Notes: generated from the sequence alone by a model not told the origin. 63,908 nucleotides of DNA, filler included, from an uncultured Methanosarcinales archaeon (GCA_964492935.1; 3 parts of 3 records of this genome joined end to end with filler, not necessarily neighbours in it), one strand, 5' to 3'. Shown: positions 1-9,462, counted from the first letter of the whole stretch. Numbers and translations: made by a program.

Positions 1-83
1 TCTGAGATTGAGGGTGAAGATAATTATTTGTTGAAGCAGTTAGAGAGGATACCTTAATAAAGAGATTTTCATTTTTCTTGGGT

Positions 84-545
84 ATGGCTGATGAAGATAG
101 GTTGATTCAAAGCATAGCTTTAGCGCAGAGATCGATGGTGCGGCAGCTATATGATCGGGCGAGAGAGAATGGATTGCCCTTTGAGGATGAATCCTTGAGT
201 GGTTTCTTTGAACTGTTAGATAGGCCGATGGATTGTAGTTTACTTCTTGGAAAACATCCTTGGGAAGAAGCTTCACTTGATTATTTTTTAGTTGAGTCAA
301 GTGATAATTTGATCATTGGTTCTAGAAATCGTAGCACTGGTCTAGGTTACCGCTTGATGGAATTCTCTGATTCCGATGATGAGTTTGCGGTTCAAGCAAT
401 GTTTGCTAATCATGGCAAACCGCCTGAATGGAGCGAGGATAAGGGTGTTTGGACCTTTACTGGAGATTATTTTGCATACCATGATCAGGTTACTGTAGGG
501 TTGAGAGATGCTTTGAGTTCTCGAATCCCTCCTGGAGGAAACTGA
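84..545 (+). CDS. Hypothetical protein
   Basis: About 153-aa ORF from ATG 84; stop overlaps the next ATG (TGATG); no recognisable motif. Confidence 0.6.
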   Translation: MADEDRLIQSIALAQRSMVRQLYDRARENGLPFEDESLSGFFELLDRPMDCSLLLGKHPWEEASLDYFLVESSDNLIIGSRNRSTGLGYRLMEFSDSDDEFAVQAMFANHGKPPEWSEDKGVWTFTGDYFAYHDQVTVGLRDALSSRIPPGGN

Positions 546-1339
546 TGAAAGTCGTTACTATTCCTTTCAGCGCTGGTGGTTTGGGTAAGACTGCCGGAGT
601 TGAGGAAGGTCCGGATGCTATCCTTGCAGCTACGAAGGATTTCTTTTCTACGGAATCAGGTAGGGTGCCTTCGTTTGATGTTAGTTCGGTTGCAGTTGAT
701 AATGCTAATTTAGTTGAGACGAATGCTGCTATTGTTGCTAAGGCTGAATCTGTTTTGAAAGAAAAAGATGGTGCTGTTTTTCTTGGTGGAGATCACTCGA
801 TTACGTATTCACTTGTTAAGGCATTTGCTTCTGTGCATTCTTCAAATCCCGGAATTGTTATTTTTGATGCGCATGCGGATGCTTGTAGCGATTTTAATCC
901 CCCTACACATGAAGATTTATTGTTAGCTTTGGTGAAGGAGAAAGTGATTTTACCTTCTAATATTATTTTAGTTGGAATACGCAATTTGCATCCTGACGAA
1001 CTTGCTTTTTTGAAAGAACATAAGATCACGTATTATACGATGAAAGATATTACTAGTGATGGTAAGGAAGAGATTGCTGAAGCTATTATGTCGAAAGCTA
1101 AAGATTTTGATTCATTGTATGTTTCGTTCGATATCGATGTTTTGGATCCAGCTTTTGCTCCTGGAACTGGATACTTGGAACCTGGTGGATTAAGTACTAG
1201 AGAATTGTTGTTCTTTCTTCACAAATTGAAGAATCTTTCTAACTGGAAGGCTTCGGATATTGTTGAGGTTAATCCTTCGAAAGATGTTCGGGATTTGACT
1301 GCAACGGCTGCTGCTAAGATTTTGGTTGAGCTTTCTTGA
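545..1339 (+). CDS. Arginase/agmatinase (ureohydrolase) family protein
   Basis: Motifs GGDHS, DAHAD, SFDIDVLDPAFAPGTG..PGG and DIVEVNP. Confidence 0.9.
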   Translation: MKVVTIPFSAGGLGKTAGVEEGPDAILAATKDFFSTESGRVPSFDVSSVAVDNANLVETNAAIVAKAESVLKEKDGAVFLGGDHSITYSLVKAFASVHSSNPGIVIFDAHADACSDFNPPTHEDLLLALVKEKVILPSNIILVGIRNLHPDELAFLKEHKITYYTMKDITSDGKEEIAEAIMSKAKDFDSLYVSFDIDVLDPAFAPGTGYLEPGGLSTRELLFFLHKLKNLSNWKASDIVEVNPSKDVRDLTATAAAKILVELS

Positions 1340-1439
1340 CATGTCAATAACCTGCGGTGATTGAGCACATTTCCTTCGCCCGTGACAAGTACGGGTTGAA
1401 ACAAATGTTTATATAGAGTTAGACGAATCTTCTTACTAT

Positions 1440-1530
1440 GGGCCCGTGGTGTAACGGATAGCACAGTTGGCTTCGGTGGGTTAATTCCTGATGAAACCAG
1501 CTAATCGGGGTTCGAATCCTCGCGGGCTCA
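1440..1530 (+). tRNA. tRNA-Arg(UCG) with 19-nt intron (1477-1495) at position 37/38
   Basis: Acceptor GGGCCCG/CGGGCTC, anticodon stem GTTGG/CCAGC, loop CT-TCG-G|A, T arm CGGGG-TTCGAAT-CCTCG; relaxed BHB (CTTC/GATG); TTTATATA upstream. Confidence 0.92.
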
Positions 1531-1582
1531 TTTATTGTTCTCAAAAGCAACCTTTTTATAGTCATTGTTTCTGTATAAGTAT

Positions 1583-2503
1583 ATGGATAAAGAGGTGAAG
1601 AAGTACTTTCAGTATCTTATTGCTGCTATTGTTATAGTTGGTGTGTTGAATTTTGGTGGGTTGCAGTTGATTAAAACGCAGACGAACGGTAAATTGAACA
1701 CGATGGAGAATAATCTTGCTAATCAGATTCAATTGGTGGATAATACGGTTCATGATGTTAAACGCAATTTGACGATGGAGAATCGTGTTCAGGATGCGAA
1801 GATTGACAATAACCAGGATGATACGCATAAGGCGATTACTACGTTAACAAATATTGTTTCTGACATTCAACAGGAGAGTGATACTCAGCTGGAGAAATTG
1901 CAGCAGGATCTTGCTTCGTTAAGTGCTGATGCAAAAGACTTTTCTGCTATTGTTGAGCAGGTGTTGCCTTCAGTAGTTAGTGTACAGACTGACGTTGGAT
2001 TGGGAAGTGGAGCGATTATTTCAAAGGATGGTTACATTGTTACCAATGAACACGTGATTAAGGGTGCGAATGCTATGCGCATTGTTAAAGCGAACGGAGA
2101 TGCGTTTGCTGCTCGGATTGTAGGTATTAATACGGCAAAAGATGTTGCAGTTCTGAAGATATCGGGCAGTCACGAAGAGTTGTGGTTTGCTGATAAAAAT
2201 ACTATTCGGGTTGGAGAGAAGGTGATTGCTTTGGGCAGTCCAGGAGGATTAGATTTTACGGTAACTGAAGGAATTGTTTCGGCTGTTGGTCGGGAATTTA
2301 ATGGGAATTCATATGTGCAGACGGATGTTCCGATTAATCCGGGTAATTCGGGTGGTCCGTTGATTAATACGGATGGTCGGATTATAGGGTTGAACAACTT
2401 TAAGATTGCTGGTTTTGAGGGAGTTGGTTTTGCAATTGAATCGGACACGGTCGAGGAGATTGCCGATGGGTTTATTGCTGCGGATCAGGCTGCTCAGTCC
2501 TAG
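1583..2503 (+). CDS. Membrane-anchored HtrA/DegP-like trypsin serine protease without PDZ domain
   Basis: N-terminal TM plus coiled coil; catalytic TNEHV, DVAVL and INPGNSGG; start moved to ATG 1583. Confidence 0.9.
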   Translation: MDKEVKKYFQYLIAAIVIVGVLNFGGLQLIKTQTNGKLNTMENNLANQIQLVDNTVHDVKRNLTMENRVQDAKIDNNQDDTHKAITTLTNIVSDIQQESDTQLEKLQQDLASLSADAKDFSAIVEQVLPSVVSVQTDVGLGSGAIISKDGYIVTNEHVIKGANAMRIVKANGDAFAARIVGINTAKDVAVLKISGSHEELWFADKNTIRVGEKVIALGSPGGLDFTVTEGIVSAVGREFNGNSYVQTDVPINPGNSGGPLINTDGRIIGLNNFKIAGFEGVGFAIESDTVEEIADGFIAADQAAQS

Positions 2504-2544
2504 TTTTAGGTATTTTTATAAGTGAAAGTGCGTTCTTTTGGGGT

Positions 2545-3051
2545 ATGGCAAGTCTACTGAAATACCTTACTGCTAATGGTAGGAGGGGTATTGGTTACGA
2601 AAAGGAAGCTACGTTGGGCGTAGGGGTTTCTGAACATAAAAAGGGTAGAAAGAAAATTGATCTTACTGCTGAGGGTGTGCTGGATGTAGGTACGGTATTG
2701 AAGCATATATCTGAAGTTAAGTCCACTGAGTTTGATGGAGGAATTGATCTTAGGGTGACTGATTCTGAAGGTACTGTTCATGAGCATTTTGGTTTGGATC
2801 AGGAACATGTGATACCTAGGATTTGGGAATACTTTCCCGTTAAACCTTCGCTTACTGATGTAGTTCAGCAAGAGAGGTACTCAGATAATCAGACGGTACG
2901 CCACCACTATCATATTAGGAGGGGCACGCTTGCAGAACAACAGCCTGAAGAGGGAGGGCCACTCTTTAACGGAGATCTCGTAGCGGAGGCCTATATTGAT
3001 TTCATTCGAAAGGTAAGGTCAGATGGAACACGCCAGATTAAGAAGCCTTGA
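2545..3051 (+). CDS. Hypothetical protein
   Basis: 168-aa ORF with a TATA box about 25 nt upstream. Confidence 0.6.
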   Translation: MASLLKYLTANGRRGIGYEKEATLGVGVSEHKKGRKKIDLTAEGVLDVGTVLKHISEVKSTEFDGGIDLRVTDSEGTVHEHFGLDQEHVIPRIWEYFPVKPSLTDVVQQERYSDNQTVRHHYHIRRGTLAEQQPEEGGPLFNGDLVAEAYIDFIRKVRSDGTRQIKKP

Positions 3052-3117
3052 AATGATTACATAACATTTATAAATTGGGTGAAATCCCAAAACCATGATT
3101 AATTGGAGGTTATTACA

Positions 3118-5718
3118 ATGACACAATGGGTTTATAGTTTTGACGAAGGAAGCAAAGAGATGAAGGAACATCTCGGCGGTAAAGGAGCTAATTTGGCGGA
3201 GATGACGAAATTAGGTATTCCGGTTCCTCAGGGATTTACACTTACTACTGATGCATGTGCTGAGTATTACAAGCTTGATAGGAAATATCCGGAAGAGATG
3301 TTGGCGCAGATGGAGGAGAAGCTGCAGAAATTAGAATCGGAAACTGGAGCAAAATTAGGGGATGCAGAAAATCCATTGCTTGTTTCGGTTCGTTCGGGTG
3401 CGGTTGTTTCTATGCCGGGAATGATGGATACAGTGTTGAACTTAGGTTTGAATGATGTTTCGGTTGCTGGTTTAGCTAAAAAAACTGATAACGAACGATT
3501 TGTGTATGATGCGTATCGTCGCTTCATTAATATGTTTGGTAATGTGGTTATGAATGTTGATCACGAGCACTTTGAGGCTGAGATTCAGAAAGCTAAGGAT
3601 GCTAAGGGTGTTGAATTGGATACTGACTTGGATGCTGGTGACTTGAAACAATTATGTGAAGCTTACAAGGCATGTATTCAGAAGGGTGCTGGGAAAATGT
3701 TCCCGGAAGATCCTCGAGAACAGTTAAAGATGGCTGTTGATGCTGTTTTTGGTTCATGGAATAATAAGAGAGCTATTACATATCGAAGATTGAACAATAT
3801 TGTTAGATTGATTGGCACTGCGGTTAACGTGCAGGCTATGGTGTTCGGTAATATGGGCGATACGTCTGGTACGGGAGTGTTATTTACTCGAAATCCTTCA
3901 ACTGGTGAAAATAAGTTGTACGGCGAGTATCTGATGAATGCACAGGGTGAAGACGTTGTGGCAGGAATTAGAACGCCAGAAGATATTGATCATTTGCAGC
4001 AGCAGAACAAGGAAGTGTATGATGAGCTTGTTGCAATTTACTTGAAGTGTGAGCAACACTACAAGGAGATGCAGGATATGGAATTTACGATTCAGGAAGG
4101 TAAGTTGTACATTTTGCAAACGCGAACCGGAAAGCGAACTGCGCATGCCGCAGTTAGAATTGCGGTTGAGATGGTTGGTGAAGGTTTGATTGATGAAAAG
4201 GAAGCTGTTAAGAGAGTGGATGCTGAAGCACTCGATCAGTTATTGCACAAGGGCTTGGATCCTGAAGCTAAGAAAGAAGCTAAGGTGTTAGGTAAAGGAT
4301 TACCTGCTTCACCTGGTGCTGCAGTTGGAAAGGTTGTTTTCCATGCAGATGATGCTACTAAGCTTCATGAGGCTGGAGAACCCGTTATTTTGGTTCGAGT
4401 TGAGACGTCACCGGAAGATATTGAAGGGATGCACGTTGCTCAGGGTATTTTGACTTCTCGTGGTGGAATGACTTCGCATGCAGCTGTTGTTGCTCGAGGT
4501 ATGGGTACTTCATGTGTTGCAGGATGTTCTGATGTTAAGATTGATGAAGCTGGTAAACAATTTACGGCTGAAGGTGAAACCGTTAAAGAGGGTGATTTTA
4601 TCACGCTTGATGGTGGAACAGGTGAGGTTATCTTAGGTAAGGTTAACGTTGTTGATCCTGAATTGAGTGGAGACTTTTCCAAACTTATGGAATGGGCAGA
4701 CTCATTTAGGAAGATTGAGGTTCATACGAACGCCGATACCCCTGAAGATACGCAGAAAGCACTTGATTTTGGTGCTGAAGGTATTGGGTTGTGTCGAACG
4801 GAACATATGTTCTTTGAGGGCGATAGAATTAAGGCTATGCGAGAGATGATTCTTGCTCCGGATTTAGAGGGTCGTAAAAAAGCTCTTGCTAAAATTGCAC
4901 CGATGCAGAAAGAGGACTTTAAGGGAATCTTTTCAGTTATGGGCGATAAACCAGTTATTATTCGATTGTTGGATCCGCCGTTGCACGAGTTCTTGCCAAA
5001 AGAGGAGAAGGGCATTGCGGACATGGCATCAGAATTAGGTATTACTGCTGAAAAGGTTACTGAAGCTATCGATGATTTACATGAATTTAATCCGATGTTA
5101 GGATTTAGAGGATGTAGATTAGGTATTACGTATCCTGAAATTACTGAAATGCAGGCTCGTGCTATTTTAGAGGCTGGCAAGGAGGTTTCCGGAAGTATTC
5201 CTAAGATTGAGATTCCCCTGGTAGGTAATGTTAAGGAATACCTGATTGCTGAAGAGGTTATCTTGAAAGTTGCTTCGGAATTGGGCGTTGAGAGGAAGAA
5301 AGATTATGAGATTGGTACGATGATTGAGGTACCAAGAGCTGCTTTAACGGCTCATGAGATTGCAGCGCATGTTGACTTTATGAGTTTCGGAACGAATGAT
5401 TTGACGCAGATGACCTGTGGCTTTAGTCGTGACGATGCAGGTAAGTTTTTGGGTAAATACGTTGAACAGGGCGTCTATGAGCGAGATCCATTCCAAAGTA
5501 TTGATCAGACTGGAGTAGGTAAGATGATGGAGATCTGTATAGTCAATGCTCGAAAAGTTAATAAGGATATGGAGATTGGCATCTGTGGGGAACACGGTGG
5601 CGATCCTGAATCTGTTAAATTTTGCCATCGTATTGGCCTGAATAATGTGAGTTGTTCGCCTTTCAGAGTGCCTATCGCTCGATTGGCTGCTGCACAGGCT
5701 GCTTTAGAAGATGAGTGA
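3118..5718 (+). CDS. ppdK: Pyruvate, phosphate dikinase
   Basis: LGGKGANLAEM, SVRSGA..SMPGMMDT, GGMTSHAAVVARG, GLCRTEHMF; GGAGGT RBS before ATG 3118. Confidence 0.98.
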   Translation: MTQWVYSFDEGSKEMKEHLGGKGANLAEMTKLGIPVPQGFTLTTDACAEYYKLDRKYPEEMLAQMEEKLQKLESETGAKLGDAENPLLVSVRSGAVVSMPGMMDTVLNLGLNDVSVAGLAKKTDNERFVYDAYRRFINMFGNVVMNVDHEHFEAEIQKAKDAKGVELDTDLDAGDLKQLCEAYKACIQKGAGKMFPEDPREQLKMAVDAVFGSWNNKRAITYRRLNNIVRLIGTAVNVQAMVFGNMGDTSGTGVLFTRNPSTGENKLYGEYLMNAQGEDVVAGIRTPEDIDHLQQQNKEVYDELVAIYLKCEQHYKEMQDMEFTIQEGKLYILQTRTGKRTAHAAVRIAVEMVGEGLIDEKEAVKRVDAEALDQLLHKGLDPEAKKEAKVLGKGLPASPGAAVGKVVFHADDATKLHEAGEPVILVRVETSPEDIEGMHVAQGILTSRGGMTSHAAVVARGMGTSCVAGCSDVKIDEAGKQFTAEGETVKEGDFITLDGGTGEVILGKVNVVDPELSGDFSKLMEWADSFRKIEVHTNADTPEDTQKALDFGAEGIGLCRTEHMFFEGDRIKAMREMILAPDLEGRKKALAKIAPMQKEDFKGIFSVMGDKPVIIRLLDPPLHEFLPKEEKGIADMASELGITAEKVTEAIDDLHEFNPMLGFRGCRLGITYPEITEMQARAILEAGKEVSGSIPKIEIPLVGNVKEYLIAEEVILKVASELGVERKKDYEIGTMIEVPRAALTAHEIAAHVDFMSFGTNDLTQMTCGFSRDDAGKFLGKYVEQGVYERDPFQSIDQTGVGKMMEICIVNARKVNKDMEIGICGEHGGDPESVKFCHRIGLNNVSCSPFRVPIARLAAAQAALEDE

Positions 5719-5995
5719 AGAAAAAACATTAATGGTAACGGTACCTGAGGACGTTTTAGATAAGTTTCAATTCTATTGCGCTCAGCAGGGATGTACGCCT
5801 TCTTATAGAGTTTTGCAGTTAATTGAGAAGGATATGGGTGTTGCTCCGGATCCTGCTTTGGTTGAAAATCCGCAGTTACAGGAAGTTGCTATGGATACAA
5901 CTGGTCAGTCGGATGATCCTAAAATGCTGCATTCTGATGAAAAAGTTCCTACGATTGAGGAGCTTCGTACCCGAAAAGAACATTCTGAAGAGTAA
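5711..5995 (+). CDS. Putative ribbon-helix-helix DNA-binding protein
   Basis: N-terminus KTLMVTVPEDVLDKFQFYCAQQGCTPSYRVLQLIEK fits the RHH pattern; overlaps the ppdK stop. Confidence 0.55.
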   Translation: MSEEKTLMVTVPEDVLDKFQFYCAQQGCTPSYRVLQLIEKDMGVAPDPALVENPQLQEVAMDTTGQSDDPKMLHSDEKVPTIEELRTRKEHSEE

Positions 5996-6034
5996 GCTTT
6001 TTATAGTATAAGTTTCTGATTGTATTTGGTTAAT

Positions 6035-6727
6035 ATGAAATTACACTGTATTGCTTTGATTTTAGCTTTATTCTTAGTTGTGGGCTGTGCTGTCCAAGAG
6101 CCTATTGCACCTGAAGAGACTGTTGAAGAGGTTGAAACGGTTGAGATTGAAAGCGATGTTGATTCTGTTGAGGAGACTACTGACGAGGTAGTTGTTGAGG
6201 AAACTCCCGTAAGTGGTGAGCTTCCTAATGAAATTAGTGCTATTATCAAGAAAGGTGCATCTCGGCTTAGTAGTTATGATTACAACTATCGTGGACCGGA
6301 AAGTGGTCAGTTATTTAGCGTGACGGTTAAAGGGAGCAAGATGAGGATTATTCTTCCAGAGACTAATGTTGAGGAGCAGGGGAAATTCTATAATTATATT
6401 TACCTAGATACTGATGCGAAAACTGCTAAGGCGCATTGCGTTGGACATTCCAAATGTGGTGGAGTCGTAGGAGAGATTAAGGATTTGGTGTATGCTACTG
6501 CTTACCTTGACACCCCTCTAGATTGGTTGGCTCAGGTTACTTCTGCAGAGAAGATTGAGGAACGGCAGGTCGAGGGAAGAGATACTCTTATTCTGGAGAC
6601 CAATGTAGGTACGGTGGCTTTGGAGGAGTATTATGGTTTTGTGTATAGGATTGACAGTGACGATAACACATGGGTGTTTAGCGATGCCTCTTTTAATTCG
6701 GTGAAAGATTCCGAGGTTACTCCTTAG
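6035..6727 (+). CDS. Putative lipoprotein / secreted protein
   Basis: Signal peptide with lipobox-like VVGC followed by an acidic linker. Confidence 0.7.
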   Translation: MKLHCIALILALFLVVGCAVQEPIAPEETVEEVETVEIESDVDSVEETTDEVVVEETPVSGELPNEISAIIKKGASRLSSYDYNYRGPESGQLFSVTVKGSKMRIILPETNVEEQGKFYNYIYLDTDAKTAKAHCVGHSKCGGVVGEIKDLVYATAYLDTPLDWLAQVTSAEKIEERQVEGRDTLILETNVGTVALEEYYGFVYRIDSDDNTWVFSDASFNSVKDSEVTP

Positions 6728-7048
6728 ATGCCTAAGAAGAAAGCGGTTAAGAAGAATTTCTCATTAACAGATACTATTACTGCGGTTGGTGATGTGTTTA
6801 CGGTCATAAAGGCGAATAAGAGCTTGCTTACTGACTTGATTATGCATCCGATTGAGACGGTTAAGAAGGATATTCATTTGATGTTGGCTTCAGGTTTGTT
6901 CTTGGCTATGGGTATGTTCTTTTTATTATTTGCAGTTGCTCAGTATTTGGTTGAAAATTCAATTTTATCGTTAACTTCCGCATATGGGTTGATGGGCGTT
7001 ATTCTAGTTGTTCTTGGTTTCTTGATGCAAGTTGTTAGGAAGAGATAA
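6728..7048 (+). CDS. Small membrane protein (2 C-terminal TMs)
   Basis: Hydrophobic C-terminal helices; abuts the upstream gene. Confidence 0.6.
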   Translation: MPKKKAVKKNFSLTDTITAVGDVFTVIKANKSLLTDLIMHPIETVKKDIHLMLASGLFLAMGMFFLLFAVAQYLVENSILSLTSAYGLMGVILVVLGFLMQVVRKR

Positions 7049-7123
7049 CGCGCCTGCGAAGATTCGAACTCCGGACCTAATCCTTAGGAGGGATTCGCTC
7101 TATCCAGGCTGAGCTACAGGCGC
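7049..7123 (-). tRNA. tRNA-Arg(CCU)
   Basis: Minus strand GCGCCTG...AATCC-CT-CCT-AA-GGATT...GGAGTTCGAATCTTC-GCAGGCGCG cloverleaf. Confidence 0.95.
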
Positions 7124-7186
7124 ATAGAATAGTAAATTGTGGTTCATTATATATAGGTTTTTAAACGCTGAAGGGTTATTCTAGAC

Positions 7187-7630
7187 ATGGATAGAGGAAT
7201 TATTCGGGTAGGTACTACACTAGATATTGTTGCTCAGGCTGCTGCAGCGAGTGGCGTCTTTTCAGATGAGGCAGCATTTACTGTACCTGCCACGGATTCT
7301 GATTCGCTTTATGCGAAGCTTGATCGTTACTATAATCTGTTAGTTGAGCGTTTTCCTCAAAATGTAGGGTGGGATGGTGACAATTTTGAAATCCAGGAAT
7401 GGGATTGGACTAGCTATGCTTTGGACTATTGCTGGCGAGATAAGGTACTGGGTCTTTGTCTGGATGCACTCCCGCAAGCAGAGCGAAAGAGGATTTCTGA
7501 TGTTGCTCGGAGCATTTCGGAGGACCGGCCAGCAGATATTATTCTGGCAGACCCCATTATTGGCGTCCCTGTCCCCTTTCCTCAAGTACAACGGGTAACG
7601 TATACCAGTTTTGGTTCTAATCATTGGTAG
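7187..7630 (+). CDS. Hypothetical protein
   Basis: 147-aa ORF, no motif recognised. Confidence 0.55.
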   Translation: MDRGIIRVGTTLDIVAQAAAASGVFSDEAAFTVPATDSDSLYAKLDRYYNLLVERFPQNVGWDGDNFEIQEWDWTSYALDYCWRDKVLGLCLDALPQAERKRISDVARSISEDRPADIILADPIIGVPVPFPQVQRVTYTSFGSNHW

Positions 7631-7636
7631 GGTGAT

Positions 7637-8572
7637 ATGATGTATACTATAAAAGAAACACCTGAAGATTTTAAGGTTACTGAGATCGCTTGCTTTAGCG
7701 AGAGCGAACTGGGCGAGGGAGAATATACGTATTGTTTGCTGGAGAAGCGTAATATTGGGACGATTGAGGCGGTTAAACAGATTGCTGTTCGGTTAGGAAT
7801 TCCGGTAAAACGTATTGGTTTTGCAGGTAATAAGGACAAGAAGGCGGTTACTTCGCAGTTTATTTCTGTGGAAGGGGAGGTTTCTGATCTTTCGTTTGGA
7901 GATATTACGGTTACGGTTATTGGAAAAAGTGATACGCCGATTCATTTAGGATATTTATCGGGAAATAGTTTTGAGATTGTTGTTAGGGGTGTTGAGGTTC
8001 AAGATGTTAAGAGTCCTTTCATTATTCCTAATCTTTTTGGGGAACAGCGGTTTTCTTCTACGAATGCTGATGTTGGAAGGGCAATCGTTAAAGGTGATTT
8101 TAAGGGTGCTTGCGGCTTTGTTATTGCGCAGGGTGGCAGATTGCAGGAATCTGTTGAGGAGCACTTACATTCTAATCCTACAGATGTTGTGGGGGCATTG
8201 AGATGTGTTCCGGGGAAGTTATTGATGTTATTTGTTCATGCGTATCAGTCTTTGTTGTTTAATGAGTTGGTTTCTCTTGTTGAGGGTGATGTTGAGCTGC
8301 CACTGATTGGTTTTGGCACTGAAATTGATGAATTTGGTGAGGATGTACAGAAAGCGGTTGAGAATATTATGGAACGTGAGGAGATTACGTGTAGAGACTT
8401 TATTATTCGTGCGTTGCCGGAACTAAGTACTGAAGGTACTACTAGAACATCTCGTGTTGAGGTTGCTGATTTTGAGATGGTTGCGGTTGAAAATGGCGTT
8501 GTATTGAAGTTTAGCTTACCTAAGAATTCTTATGCAACGGTTGTGGTTGATCAGTTATTTGGAAAGAATTGA
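7637..8572 (+). CDS. truD: tRNA pseudouridine(13) synthase
   Basis: IKETPEDFKVTE, FAGNKDKKAVTSQ, GNSFEIVVR, NLFGEQRF, FSLPKNSYAT. Confidence 0.93.
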   Translation: MMYTIKETPEDFKVTEIACFSESELGEGEYTYCLLEKRNIGTIEAVKQIAVRLGIPVKRIGFAGNKDKKAVTSQFISVEGEVSDLSFGDITVTVIGKSDTPIHLGYLSGNSFEIVVRGVEVQDVKSPFIIPNLFGEQRFSSTNADVGRAIVKGDFKGACGFVIAQGGRLQESVEEHLHSNPTDVVGALRCVPGKLLMLFVHAYQSLLFNELVSLVEGDVELPLIGFGTEIDEFGEDVQKAVENIMEREEITCRDFIIRALPELSTEGTTRTSRVEVADFEMVAVENGVVLKFSLPKNSYATVVVDQLFGKN

Positions 8573-9184
8573 GTTTGCTTCTTTGATGATGTTTTCGATT
8601 TTGCCTTCTGCATTAATATCGCGAAGAATTCCTTTTTCTTGGTAGTAGTTGATAAGGGTTTTTGTTTGCTCGGAGTAGGTTTCTAGGCGGCGTTCGATGG
8701 TGGCTGCGTTATCATCAGATCTCTGAATGAGTTGTCCGCCGCACTGGTCACAGACGCCCTCTTGCTTAGGGGGCATGTTGATGAGGTGGAAGATCGCGTG
8801 GCAGTTTGCGCAGGTTCTTCTGTTTTCAACGCGTTCAAGGATGATTGCCTTGGAGCATTTTAGATTGAGGACATGGTCGATATGAGTGATATGTTCCAAT
8901 TCGTCTGCCTGTTTTTGAGTGCGAGGAAATCCGTCGAGAATGAAGCCGTTTTTTGAGTCTGAGTGTTTTAGTCGTTGTTTCAGTAGCTTGATTGCCAGTT
9001 CGTCTGGTACCAGTTGTCCCGCATCCATATACGGTTTTGCTTCCTTTCCGATCTCATCTAGGACTTTGATTGATTCTCGTAGTAAGTCTCCAGTGCTAAT
9101 CTGGGGAATGTTGAATTTTTTCACGAGACTTTTAGAAAGGGTCCCTTTGCCAGCCCCCGGAGGACCAAATATGATAATTCTCAT
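8555..9184 (-). CDS. adk: Adenylate kinase, bacterial-type with Zn LID
   Basis: GPPGAGKGT, ISTGDLLR, GFILDGFPRT, CANC...CDQC, QRSDD. Confidence 0.96.
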   Translation of the reverse strand: MRIIIFGPPGAGKGTLSKSLVKKFNIPQISTGDLLRESIKVLDEIGKEAKPYMDAGQLVPDELAIKLLKQRLKHSDSKNGFILDGFPRTQKQADELEHITHIDHVLNLKCSKAIILERVENRRTCANCHAIFHLINMPPKQEGVCDQCGGQLIQRSDDNAATIERRLETYSEQTKTLINYYQEKGILRDINAEGKIENIIKEANSILSK

Positions 9185-9238
9185 TTTTTCACTTCTAATG
9201 AGTTCAGAATATGTTTTTAAATGTTGTTATAAAAGAGA

Positions 9239-9311
9239 AGCCCCCGGGGAGAGTTGCACTCCCGACCTTGTGATTACAAGTCACACGCAATAGCTACTAT
9301 GCTACGGAGGC
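9239..9311 (-). tRNA. tRNA-Thr(UGU)
   Basis: Minus strand GCCTCCG...TGTGA-CT-TGT-AA-TCACA...GGGAGTGCAACTCTCCC-CGGGGGC-T. Confidence 0.93.
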
Positions 9312-9374
9312 GTGCTTACAATACCTCTTTGGGTCCTAGCCTTTGTAAAGGCTAGCTATCTTTGCTACGGAGGC
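9312..9374 (-). repeat. Duplicated 5' end of tRNA-Thr(UGU) fused to a 35-nt hairpin element (copy A)
   Basis: 9353-9374 repeats tRNA nt 1-21 (9291-9311); 9324-9358 is identical to 45319-45353. Confidence 0.9.
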
Positions 9375-9462
9375 ATGAGTGTTATGAGGACAGGCGGGGT
9401 TTTATAAAGATTATCTTTCCGGGATAGAAAACTATATATATTGTGGATGTTAAAATGAGGGT

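Noticed and set aside
9312..9374. Split, permuted or D-loop-intron tRNA interpretation of the tRNA-Thr leaders
   Set aside because: The downstream tRNA copies are already complete, the upstream copies carry indels or substitutions, and no clear BHB at the junctions was found
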